31,720 bases of DNA from a virus, in the IMG/VR virus record IMGVR_UViG_3300045988_054704, one strand, 5' to 3'. A model generated the notes under the pieces. That model saw only the letters and a list, made by a program, of their open reading frames with translations. It was not told the origin of the DNA and ran no database searches. Within the stretch, counting starts at the first letter, position 1. Each line of letters opens with the position of its first letter. Made by a program: the position numbers and the translations under genes. Of the stretch, positions 16,875-25,247 are shown one piece after another.

Positions 16875-17707
16875 TTCGGTGCACCCCTCTCTTTGTAAAT
16901 GGTCAAATCGAACCCGAAAGTCCCATCCCAGTTAAGGATAAGTTCTCCCGAAGGAATCCGTTTAAATACACTGTTTTTCTTCTCTCTCTTTTCAAAAATA
17001 CTTTGAATCGTTCCATTACTCAGATATTTCATCACTTTCTTTTCACGGCTCCTGATTACAATATATTCTCCTGCTTCTAAGGTGTCGTTTACCTGATACG
17101 GATAACCATTTACAATAATCTTCGGGTCTACACACGGACCATAGATTGTCATTTCAAAATTACTGTCCCTGTAATGGTCAATATACCAATTTTCTGTCCC
17201 GGATTTCGGTCTTGAATAATCATATGAATAATCATACGGATACTCCAGAAATGCATAGTCCTCTCTTCTCTCAGCTGAATCCGGATAAAAGCTTTTCTTT
17301 TCCTCCATCACCCATACCGGGTATGGAGCATATATTTTAGCCTCAATCCGTTCCATACGGGTACGGCTGTCTTTCGCGCCTATTTCACTTCCGATCACGA
17401 AACATTTTATTTTGTAACCGTTCAGAAAAAGCGTTCCCGGAAACTTTCTGAAGATATCTTCTTCACACAGATCCGCAAAACGGTTTGCGTTTTCTGCTCT
17501 TTCCCTTTTATCACCGAGGAAATCAATGATCACTTTATAGGTTGCTGCGTCTCTTCTGAACTCTTCAACTTTCCTTCCCTGTGCCTGTTTCGTATCTTCT
17601 ACTTCCCATTCCGAATCATAAAGTCCGGATGTCCTGATTTTTGCGCGGATCTTTTTATCGCTTAATACAATTTCTTCCTGTGAACTTCCACTTAAATATT
17701 TAAGCAT
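16865..17707 (-). CDS. Distal tail protein (Dit-like)
   Basis: The ATG at 17707 overlaps the tape measure stop (ATGCTTAA). It is a paralog of 12310..13149. Confidence 0.65.
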   Translation of the reverse strand: MLKYLSGSSQEEIVLSDKKIRAKIRTSGLYDSEWEVEDTKQAQGRKVEEFRRDAATYKVIIDFLGDKRERAENANRFADLCEEDIFRKFPGTLFLNGYKIKCFVIGSEIGAKDSRTRMERIEAKIYAPYPVWVMEEKKSFYPDSAERREDYAFLEYPYDYSYDYSRPKSGTENWYIDHYRDSNFEMTIYGPCVDPKIIVNGYPYQVNDTLEAGEYIVIRSREKKVMKYLSNGTIQSIFEKREKKNSVFKRIPSGELILNWDGTFGFDLTIYKERGAPKWI

Positions 17708-20700
17708 TAAATACCACACCCCAATCCGACAATGTTCTTGTAACTTCTCGTTCGCCCAGGTAGGCTCTGATCTGTAGATCTTTCACTGCGTCCTTTATAA
17801 TGTTCCGAAGTGCTTTATACTGTGTATACTCGTTTTCAGCCATGTTTCCAAATGTCATGCTTGTACCGCTATAGTCAACCGCTTCTTTCACCGCATTCTG
17901 TGCCAGCAAAGAGTTTTCTGTCACACCATTTGCCAATCCCTGCATAGAATACTGTCCCATTCTCCAGAATACTTTCGATGGCGAATTGATTTCCAGTTTT
18001 TTCTTTGCCGTTGCGATTGCATCGCTTGCCACTCTGCTTGCCGCCGAGATAACTGCAGATCTTCCGTCCGAAATTCCATTCGCAAGACCAATAGAAAGAT
18101 TATATCCATATAACTGCGTCTTTGATGCCGTACATTGTGCTGCAAACACATTGATTGCTCCACTCGCTACACTTCTTGCTTCCGTTTTTACATTTGATTC
18201 TCCATTTTTCATCCCCTGGACAAGTCCAAGATCTACGTTTTTCCCAGATTCTCTTGTCTTTTTCGATGGTGACTGACATCCCAAGCCATTATTTACCGCT
18301 TCAACCGTCTTGACTCCCAGATCTTTACCGGCAGCATTTGCTTTTTCCTGTGCATTCTGCATTCCCTGAACCAATCCCATCACGGTATTTGTCCCACTTT
18401 CCTGCATAACAGATGTAAGACCATCCATTCCTCCTGCAATATTGGCAGCTCCAGACGTAAGTAGCTGCTGTCCCCATTCATTTGTCATTCCCTGAATGTC
18501 CACACTCTGGCTCCAAAGGTCATTCGCTTTTTTCAGTTCTTCATCTGTCATGGAATTGAACGCTGCAACATACCCGGATCCCTGTGGTCCCATCTCTGAC
18601 AACTTCTGCAAAATGCCCTGGTTAATTCCTCGATCAGCAAGAGCGGACAGATTTTGTTCCCATGCAGTCACGCCGTCTACCTGGCTTTGCATGTTTGCCA
18701 GCAAGTTCTCGGTCGAAATCTGCGTACCGGCATCAAACTCCTCAAACATATCCATCTGGGACTTCAGCGCACTCTGTACATTTTCCTGCATAGTAAGAAC
18801 ACTGTTTGTCACATTCACCGCCAGTTCCTGTTGTGATACTGACAAATTCTGATATGCTTCCAGTTCTTGACCTGCCATTGTAATACTGACCGAAGATTGC
18901 TCTGTCGCCTCAGTCTTTGCGCTGGTATTATTCTTTGTGGCTGCCGTATTATTGTTTGTCTCTTCCGTCATATCGGAGAGATAACTCATATACGGTTCCA
19001 TCTCGGCGTTTGCTTCTTTGATTGCATCATTTATCTCTTTTTGACTGTCCTTTGCCGTTTGCTTCGCATCATTGAGTTCCCGTTCATCGTCAGCCATCTG
19101 TCTTAACGCCTCTGTAACTGTAACTATATTCCCGTTATACTCAATCGTTGCTTCTGACTGATCCTGTGTGGCAGCGTAAAGTTCATCAACATTATCTGCA
19201 CCTTTTTTCAGTGCCTCGCTATACTTCTCCTGTGCTTCTTTCGTTGCCTCTGTCTTTTCCCTGAGTACATCATTTACTTCTGACCGCTTCGCTTCGATCG
19301 CCGCAAGCTTTTCTCCAATTTCGGAAACTTTGTTCTCTGCATCTGCTTTTTCAACTTCTGCATCCACCAGCTTTTCCACGCTGTCTTTCATTTTTTCCTG
19401 CGCAACCTGAATTTTCTGCATTTCCAAAGCACTCTTTATGTAGTTCTTCATCTCTTCCGAACTCATGCTTAATTTTCCGGTTGTCTCGTCAATCGCAAGT
19501 GACATTTCCGGAAACATGGTATTCAGTTCCATGACAATCGTTTTCATCCGGCTTTGCTGTTCTGTCGTCTGATTGGATTGTCCGGCAAGCTTTACAAGCT
19601 CATCTGTCAGGTTATTCGCCAGTGTTCCGCTTGCATTTACCTCTTCCATGGAAGAAGTCATATTCTGAGTTGCTTGTTTCAAGGCTTCGCTTGTTTCCGA
19701 TGCTTTGTCCTTCAGCTCGGAAGTGGACTGTATCAGCTCGTCCGTTTCACTGGTCGCATCCCCCATTTTGGATGCCAACACAGCCGTTACTCCGATCAGC
19801 GCCGTTACTCCTGCCACAACCAGTATTGCCGGATTCGCAGCCAATACTGCATTAAATCCTGCCTGCGCTACAGTTGCCCCTTCTGTTGCTGCTGTCTGCG
19901 CCACGGTTGCCGCTGTCTGCGTTGCTGTAGCTGCCGCCTGTGCTTCCTGCGCCACAGTAGATGCTGCTTCTGCCGTTGTCGCTGCAGTTCGTATTCCAAT
20001 CAGTTCCGCCGCCTTTTTTCCGAAATCAACCAGCGAGACCCCGGCATCTTTTACTTCAGAAATAAACTTTTTGCTCTTATTTACAACAAAAATACCACCG
20101 ATTGCAGTTCCCGCAAGCTCTGCCACCGGAACAATCGTTTCAAGATTGTCTGCAACCAGTTTAATTCCTTTTTGTGCCATTGGAAGATATTTCACAAGTA
20201 ATGGCTGTACAACATCCGCTTGCACCGTCCTTCCAAGAACCTTCCACTGGTTTGTGATACTGTCATACTTGATGTCCTTTACCTTTTCCATGGTTCCCTG
20301 GACATTTTTATAGGAATTATTTACGTTGTTCAGAGAAGTAATTACCTTCATGGCATTATCTTCTCCCAGCGCACTCCAGGTATCGCTTGCCAGTGTCAGT
20401 GCTTCCTGCTCATTCTTCATGCTTGCCAGATCAGAAATCACCGACTGGAACACTTCTTTTGTAGTTGCACTGCCATCATGCCACTTTTTAACAAGATCCT
20501 GTGTGCCGGCAGAAAATGATTTGATGTGATCATCTATTCTTCCGTCAGCAAGACTGTTTCCGAATTCCTTGACGTAGTCATTTACTTTATCCAGATTATA
20601 TGCTCCGGAGTTTAAACCGTTTTCAAGGATTGCAAACATCTCTTCCGCTGAAAATCCAGCCTGCGCCCACAGAGAAGAATATTCCGTAAGATTATCCGCA

Positions 20701-21770
20701 AGTTCTCCGGATTTATTTAACCCGTTTTGAGCTCCTTTTGCCATCAAATCGAATGCAGTCTTACCATCGATCCCCATATTTGTCACCAGTGCATCTGCGC
20801 CTCTGATTGATTCGCTCAGATCCATCCCAAATACGTCTTCCAATGCCATTCCGTTCTCTGCAAGCTCTTTGATTTTTGTCGGATCTGTCTCATTCGTATA
20901 CTGCTTCACCAACGCCATTGCACTTGCGGCTTCATCAATCGCATCTCCGTAACCACCTTTATACAGATTCTGCATTTCCTGTGAATAAGCTGCAGTTTCT
21001 CTTGCTGTTGCCCCTGTACTTGCCTGGAGTTTCTGCTGTGCATCTTGAAGCTCCAGCGTCCCCTGCACCGCATCTTTGAACACATTCGTTGCGAGACTTT
21101 TTCCGGCGTCTACCATTGTATTGATCAAGTTTGCCTTAATAATTTTCCCGGTACTGGTAATCTTTTCTGCAACATCATCTGTCTGTTTTCCAAACTTGTC
21201 AATACTTTTGGCGCACCCGTCTGTTGCTTTTTCTGCCTCTTCCAGATAGGCCGTATTCTCATTTACCGCTCTCGTTGCCTTGATTGTCTGTGCCTGTGCA
21301 TTATTTAACTGCTTCTGCCAGTCCTCCACTCTGTTTCCGGCTCTTTGGTAGGTGGCTTCACCTTTTTCCACCTTTTCCGTTAATTCACTGACTGCTTCCT
21401 GCTGCCGTGATAACGCTTCTTCTGAAACATCCGAAGACTGTTTCATTTCATCCAGTGTGCTTTGTGCCTGTTCCAGCTTTGTGCGGTACTCCTGAAGTTC
21501 TGTTCCAACACGTGCATAATCTTCCTGTGCATGTGTCAAACCTTTCCTTACTGCCTCCTCTTTTTCTACCTGCTTATCTAGCGTCCTTGTCAGGACCTCA
21601 TTCTTCTTACGCAATGTATCAACCGAGTTTGCATTTCCCGCCGTTTCCGCTTCTACAAGCTTCATTTCCGATTTCATTGTAGACAGGCTTTTATTGCACT
21701 GTGTCACCGCTGATCTGAATTCTTTTTCGCCATCGAGCGTAATGTATGCGCCCACTTTTTTCTTTGCCAT
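17700..21770 (-). CDS. Tape measure protein (about 1356 aa)
   Basis: A very long coiled-coil and Ala-rich protein with two hydrophobic segments and C-terminal 'CQSPSK' and 'INSPSKVFW' motifs. The likely start is the ATG at 21770 (RBS GGAGAG) rather than 21791, which abuts a terminator hairpin. Confidence 0.85.
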   Translation of the reverse strand: MAKKKVGAYITLDGEKEFRSAVTQCNKSLSTMKSEMKLVEAETAGNANSVDTLRKKNEVLTRTLDKQVEKEEAVRKGLTHAQEDYARVGTELQEYRTKLEQAQSTLDEMKQSSDVSEEALSRQQEAVSELTEKVEKGEATYQRAGNRVEDWQKQLNNAQAQTIKATRAVNENTAYLEEAEKATDGCAKSIDKFGKQTDDVAEKITSTGKIIKANLINTMVDAGKSLATNVFKDAVQGTLELQDAQQKLQASTGATARETAAYSQEMQNLYKGGYGDAIDEAASAMALVKQYTNETDPTKIKELAENGMALEDVFGMDLSESIRGADALVTNMGIDGKTAFDLMAKGAQNGLNKSGELADNLTEYSSLWAQAGFSAEEMFAILENGLNSGAYNLDKVNDYVKEFGNSLADGRIDDHIKSFSAGTQDLVKKWHDGSATTKEVFQSVISDLASMKNEQEALTLASDTWSALGEDNAMKVITSLNNVNNSYKNVQGTMEKVKDIKYDSITNQWKVLGRTVQADVVQPLLVKYLPMAQKGIKLVADNLETIVPVAELAGTAIGGIFVVNKSKKFISEVKDAGVSLVDFGKKAAELIGIRTAATTAEAASTVAQEAQAAATATQTAATVAQTAATEGATVAQAGFNAVLAANPAILVVAGVTALIGVTAVLASKMGDATSETDELIQSTSELKDKASETSEALKQATQNMTSSMEEVNASGTLANNLTDELVKLAGQSNQTTEQQSRMKTIVMELNTMFPEMSLAIDETTGKLSMSSEEMKNYIKSALEMQKIQVAQEKMKDSVEKLVDAEVEKADAENKVSEIGEKLAAIEAKRSEVNDVLREKTEATKEAQEKYSEALKKGADNVDELYAATQDQSEATIEYNGNIVTVTEALRQMADDERELNDAKQTAKDSQKEINDAIKEANAEMEPYMSYLSDMTEETNNNTAATKNNTSAKTEATEQSSVSITMAGQELEAYQNLSVSQQELAVNVTNSVLTMQENVQSALKSQMDMFEEFDAGTQISTENLLANMQSQVDGVTAWEQNLSALADRGINQGILQKLSEMGPQGSGYVAAFNSMTDEELKKANDLWSQSVDIQGMTNEWGQQLLTSGAANIAGGMDGLTSVMQESGTNTVMGLVQGMQNAQEKANAAGKDLGVKTVEAVNNGLGCQSPSKKTRESGKNVDLGLVQGMKNGESNVKTEARSVASGAINVFAAQCTASKTQLYGYNLSIGLANGISDGRSAVISAASRVASDAIATAKKKLEINSPSKVFWRMGQYSMQGLANGVTENSLLAQNAVKEAVDYSGTSMTFGNMAENEYTQYKALRNIIKDAVKDLQIRAYLGEREVTRTLSDWGVVFNA

Positions 21771-21791
21771 TTCTTCTCTCCAAACCGGCAT

Positions 21792-21819
21792 AAAAAAACC
21801 GCCTTCTCAGGCGGTTTTC
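21792..21819 (-). terminator. Strong intrinsic terminator after the membrane-protein moron, immediately upstream of the tape measure gene
   Basis: On the - strand, AAACCGCCT-gaga-AGGCGGTTT forms a perfect 9-bp stem followed by a T run. Confidence 0.75.
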
Positions 21820-21824
21820 ATGCA

Positions 21825-22145
21825 TCATCTACCAAAATCTTTTGCTATGCTTTCTTCTATGTATTTGTTCAATTCTTCTTTGACTTTTCGCTTTTCGCAT
21901 AAATGCCGTCCCTTAATTCCCGGTGATGCAAATTCATCCAGTTTGAAATAAATATGCCGTGGGATATAAATAATCAGAGCCGTTATAAACGGAAGCGCCA
22001 GGCAGAACAGTTTTCCTGTTGTGGCGAACTCAAAAAGAGAGGCTGCCGTAACAGACAGGAGCGCTGTCGCAATATAAATATGCCGTTTTGCATAAAATAC
22101 AAGTATTCTATATATCACCCATGCATATATCTTAACTTTCTGCAT
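21825..22145 (-). CDS. Small membrane protein (moron), unknown function
   Basis: The likely start is 'MQKVKIYAWVIY' with RBS GGAGG. There are two or three hydrophobic segments ('IYIATALLSVTAASLFEFA', 'LFCLALPFITALIIYI'). Module A has no counterpart. Confidence 0.6.
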   Translation of the reverse strand: MQKVKIYAWVIYRILVFYAKRHIYIATALLSVTAASLFEFATTGKLFCLALPFITALIIYIPRHIYFKLDEFASPGIKGRHLCEKRKVKEELNKYIEESIAKDFGR

Positions 22146-22169
22146 TTCCAGTCCTCCTCTTCTTTCTAC

Positions 22170-22178
22170 ATCATACCA
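22170..22178 (-). promoter_or_regulatory. Extended -10 promoter-like element (TGgTATGAT) upstream of the moron
   Basis: The - strand reads 'tgtggTATGATgtag' about 25 nt upstream of the ATG at 22145. The -35 region is poor. Confidence 0.35.
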
Positions 22179-22187
22179 CATTTTTCT

Positions 22188-22801
22188 TTACAAATCCATC
22201 ATTGAAGCAATTTTCTGCTGCTCAAAAACCTGTCTTCTCATCGTAATATTATGCATTTTCTTGAATTCTTCAAAAAGATCGCACCATTTACCGAAATACA
22301 TATGTGCAACCTCTTTTTCCGTATATCCAATCCGCATCCCAATAAGTACCACCCACGCAAAGTTTATCGGTTCTGGTTCTCCGCCTTCCCCTGCGTGGTT
22401 GTCGCGTTTTTTCTCTCAAAACATCTTGAGAATTCCTGATGCAAGATTGTAGATAATTCTCTTGGGTTGAAATCAATCTGCCGGATCAGTGTTCGATCAC
22501 TGATTTCCGGAATCTCCTCTTTGTTTTCTTCCCGTTTGATTGCGAGTCCCTCCTGAATGAACCATACCGCTGCCTCGTTGATAATCTTGATATCCGGCAT
22601 CTTGTAATGTCCAACAAGAAGTCCGTCTTCATTTCTGACTTCTTCACCGTATTCATCCAGCTCCGGTACGAATCCATTCAGCATATTTTCATATTTTCCA
22701 AGATCCTCATACTTGTCCTGGATCTTTTCCAGGACAAGATTGTCACATTTCATAGGGTATTCTTTTCCAGATAATACGATCATATTCATTTCTTCAAACA
22801 T
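22188..22801 (-). CDS. Tail assembly chaperone G-T fusion (via -1 frameshift at 22406..22412)
   Basis: The -1 frame translation is 'KKRDNHAGEGGEPEPINFAWVVLIGMRIGYTEKEVAHMYFGKWCDLFEEFKKMHNITMRRQVFEQQKIASMMDL'. It is absent from the ORF track because it has no long Met-initiated ORF. Confidence 0.6.
22364..22801 (-). CDS. Tail assembly chaperone (gpG-like)
   Basis: The start 'MFEEMNMIVLSG' at 22801 follows RBS GGAGG. The track start at 22894 would overlap the major tail protein gene. An acidic protein in the position after the major tail protein. Confidence 0.7.
   Translation of the reverse strand: MFEEMNMIVLSGKEYPMKCDNLVLEKIQDKYEDLGKYENMLNGFVPELDEYGEEVRNEDGLLVGHYKMPDIKIINEAAVWFIQEGLAIKREENKEEIPEISDRTLIRQIDFNPRELSTILHQEFSRCFERKNATTTQGKAENQNR
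22406..22412 (-). promoter_or_regulatory. -1 programmed ribosomal frameshift site A_AAA_AAC
   Basis: The - strand codons AGA AAA AAC give the same in-phase heptamer as in module A. The -1 frame stays open for about 72 codons to the TAA at 22188..22190. Confidence 0.7.
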
Positions 22802-22815
22802 TTTCCTGCCTCCGA

Positions 22816-23364
22816 TTATTCTGTTACTCCAAACATCGTATTGATCCATTTCAGCGCATCTTCTTCTGAGCTGCAAGCCTCTGTTTCTTTCCATGATCCG
22901 TCATCCAGTCCAAGCGCTCTTCCCGAAATAGACGGTGTTTTATATTCAATAGAATCTCCTTTGGTTGAATAATCTTCTGACGGTTCCGTAAATTTTGCTT
23001 TTTTCAGAAAATTTCCAATAAAACTTCTGACTCCATCCACTTTTTCAACAGACACCCATGCCATTCCAACATAGTTCGCCTGGTCATCTACATTGAATTT
23101 TACATTTTTCTTTTCAGTACCAACCGTATGTCCAAACATTTTTTCGTGTGCTTCGATTGGAAGTGTACTGGTATTCAGTGTTACTTCCGCATAAGTAAAC
23201 TCTTTGTCGTATTCCGCCTGCTTATCATCCGCATTTAGACTGCCTTCTGCATAATTCGGGTTTACCTGCAGTCCAATCGCCTTTCCGCAGGCAAAAGGCT
23301 TATCGTATTTTCCACTTTCTAACAATTTTGCAATAATTGGTTTTCTAAGTCCTACATATGCCAT
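22816..23364 (-). CDS. Major tail protein, phi13-family-like (copy 2)
   Basis: The 'MAYVGLRKPIIAKL...' N-terminus and 'AEVTLNTSTLPIEAHEKMFGH' are typical of phi13-type major tail proteins. It lies directly upstream of the G/GT pair. Confidence 0.75.
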   Translation of the reverse strand: MAYVGLRKPIIAKLLESGKYDKPFACGKAIGLQVNPNYAEGSLNADDKQAEYDKEFTYAEVTLNTSTLPIEAHEKMFGHTVGTEKKNVKFNVDDQANYVGMAWVSVEKVDGVRSFIGNFLKKAKFTEPSEDYSTKGDSIEYKTPSISGRALGLDDGSWKETEACSSEEDALKWINTMFGVTE

Positions 23365-23365
23365 T

Positions 23366-23923
23366 TTATTCTTCCTTTCCGATTCCTGCCATTTCTTCCA
23401 GCCAGGAATCCGCTTCTTGCATTGTGTTAAATATTTCTTTTTTTCTCCATTGTCCGCCGTATGCCGGCACCGCTTTTCCTGATGCCTGCATTGTCACATA
23501 CTTTAGTGCTTCTCCCCTTGTCTCTATGTCCTGTTCATCCTCTGTCAGCCGAACTTTATAGAGCCAGACTGCCACATAGTACGTTTTCCCATTACGCTTT
23601 TCTCTCACTCTGACTCCCAGACCAATGTATTCAGACAAATCTGTTTCATTCGATGCAGAACCAGTCTCTGATACTTCGAGTCCGAAAACTTCTTTTTCGG
23701 CCGTCTGGGTAATCTCCGAAGTTTCCAGCGTTACGGATGCATACGCAAACATTTCTTCCTCGTCTTCTGAATTGATGTCCCCGTATTCGCTAACATCTTC
23801 ATATTTTGGATCAATTCTTATCCTTACAGCTGATCCATATCGAAATCCGTTTGAATACTGGATTCCATTTTCCGTCTCACTGTATTTCGCGCCGACAACG
23901 TGTGCCAATCCTGTATAAGCCAT
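23366..23923 (-). CDS. Major tail protein paralog, phi13-family-like (copy 1)
   Basis: 'MAYTGLAHVVGAKY...ASVTLETSEITQTAEKEVFG' aligns with the downstream copy. Confidence 0.6.
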   Translation of the reverse strand: MAYTGLAHVVGAKYSETENGIQYSNGFRYGSAVRIRIDPKYEDVSEYGDINSEDEEEMFAYASVTLETSEITQTAEKEVFGLEVSETGSASNETDLSEYIGLGVRVREKRNGKTYYVAVWLYKVRLTEDEQDIETRGEALKYVTMQASGKAVPAYGGQWRKKEIFNTMQEADSWLEEMAGIGKEE

Positions 23924-24258
23924 CAGTCTTCCTCCTCAATATAGCAAGAAAAGCACAAATGGTAATATTTTGTTTCTTTCTCGTATATGGAATCTATATC
24001 AGTCACCGTAAATCCTGCTTTTCGCAATAATTTACGAATCGTTTTTCTGTCATCCATATAGTCTTCCCGGGTATATAAATGGATCTGCATGTGCAATGTC
24101 CATTCCTGGTCTTCATCATCAGCAAAACATTCCGCTGAATCAATTTCCGGATTATATACGATATATTTCCCTGGCGGGGATTCATAAGGACAGCACAGTG
24201 GCCAGATATTCTCTGTGATTACTCCCAGTGTGTTCTCTATTTTCTGATTTACATTCAC
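23923..24258 (-). CDS. Putative tail terminator / tail completion protein
   Basis: 111 aa with a GTG start after 'gaggtgacagg', immediately upstream of the major tail protein genes. Confidence 0.45.
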   Translation of the reverse strand: MNVNQKIENTLGVITENIWPLCCPYESPPGKYIVYNPEIDSAECFADDEDQEWTLHMQIHLYTREDYMDDRKTIRKLLRKAGFTVTDIDSIYEKETKYYHLCFSCYIEEED

Positions 24259-24668
24259 GGTCCTGTCACCTCGTCAAACTTCCTCTGCATTGCTTCCAGA
24301 CATTCTCCTTCTGCATTCTGTACTGCTTTGGAAATAACTGGTCTTGCCTGCTGCTTTGTTGTTCCATAATTGAGATATGCCAGTTTCTCATTCCGGCGAA
24401 CACCTTTTTTGTCTTTTCCGCTCGCTGTGATCGTTACATAATGGCCTCGTTCATTCTTTTCCGGTTTCCTTGATTTGATTGATCCGGCAAGATCTCCCGT
24501 TGCATACCCTCTGTTTGCCTCTGCCTGCACCTGGCCTTTCAATTCTCTTTCCAGAATCGGTGCCGCCGTCTCCAACATATCCGGCGCATACTCATCTAAT
24601 TTACCAAGCCGGTCCAGTTCTTTCGCAAAATCATCAAATCCTATCGCCTGAAATCCCATCTTAACCAC
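24255..24668 (-). CDS. HK97 gp10-like head-tail joining protein
   Basis: 'FDDFAKELDRLGK...APILERELKGQVQAEA...GDLAGSI' resembles the HK97 gp10 family. It occupies a neck position. Confidence 0.6.
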   Translation of the reverse strand: MVKMGFQAIGFDDFAKELDRLGKLDEYAPDMLETAAPILERELKGQVQAEANRGYATGDLAGSIKSRKPEKNERGHYVTITASGKDKKGVRRNEKLAYLNYGTTKQQARPVISKAVQNAEGECLEAMQRKFDEVTGP

Positions 24669-24975
24669 ACGTTATTTCTACGAAAGATTTTCCTTTTTTG
24701 TAAGCACGGATAATGTCGTACTCTGCCTCTTCGTAGATCACCTTTCTTGCGTATTCTGGTTTTCCATCTTCTCCTGGATGTCTGCTTGCTTCCCAGTCAT
24801 CTGTCCTGAGTTTCAGTATAATGCGGGCATTTACTCCTGCCCGCATAGATTCATATGCTTCCGCTCTGGTTACGGATTTTTCCATTGCATATACTTCAAC
24901 AGAACATCTTTTTCTTTCCGGGAAACCATTTTCATTTTTACAGATTTTCTCCCAGATCAGTTCCGCCGTTTCCAT
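24661..24975 (-). CDS. Head closure / head-tail adaptor protein
   Basis: The likely start is 'METAELIWEK' at 24975 with RBS AAAGGAGAAG. About 104 aa in a neck position. Confidence 0.55.
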   Translation of the reverse strand: METAELIWEKICKNENGFPERKRCSVEVYAMEKSVTRAEAYESMRAGVNARIILKLRTDDWEASRHPGEDGKPEYARKVIYEEAEYDIIRAYKKGKSFVEITCG

Positions 24976-25246
24976 TTTTCTTCTCCTTTGCATAATCCCC
25001 GGAAAGTGCCATGGAATCCCTCAGTTTTTCAAAGGCTGTCTGGAAGCGCTCTGTATTTTCATCATATCCGAAATTTGCTTTGCAATACAGAACCATTGCC
25101 TGATAGTACAGCGCATCCGTTGCCGGATCGCCGTACACACCAGTGTTTTCCAATTCCTTTACACACGCCAGTGCCAGTTCATTGATTTCTTCATCATTCC
25201 TGGTCCCGACACGTTTTTTCAGCCTCTCAATTATCCTTCCATCCAT
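24938..25246 (-). CDS. Head-tail connector (gp6-like)
   Basis: The first gene after the capsid. 'EEINELALACVKELENTG' is a connector-like helical N-terminus. Confidence 0.55.
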   Translation of the reverse strand: MDGRIIERLKKRVGTRNDEEINELALACVKELENTGVYGDPATDALYYQAMVLYCKANFGYDENTERFQTAFEKLRDSMALSGDYAKEKKNGNGGTDLGENL

Positions 25247-25247
25247 C

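Noticed and set aside
19850-19990. Repetitive GCx/ACx DNA encoding 'TAATVAQ'-like repeats, considered as a possible CRISPR-like, DGR or tandem-repeat locus
   Set aside because: It is an in-frame low-complexity Ala/Thr/Gln segment of the tape measure protein next to a hydrophobic segment. There is no spacer-repeat periodicity, no reverse transcriptase and no template/variable repeat pair in the window.
19554-20313. Long + strand ORFs (215 aa, 202 aa and others between 17986 and 21682) antisense to the module B tape measure gene
   Set aside because: They are Cys/Arg/Ser-rich or Ala-rich low-complexity translations, typical of the antisense frames of an Ala/Thr/Glu-rich coiled-coil gene. They have no RBS and sit fully inside a strongly supported CDS.
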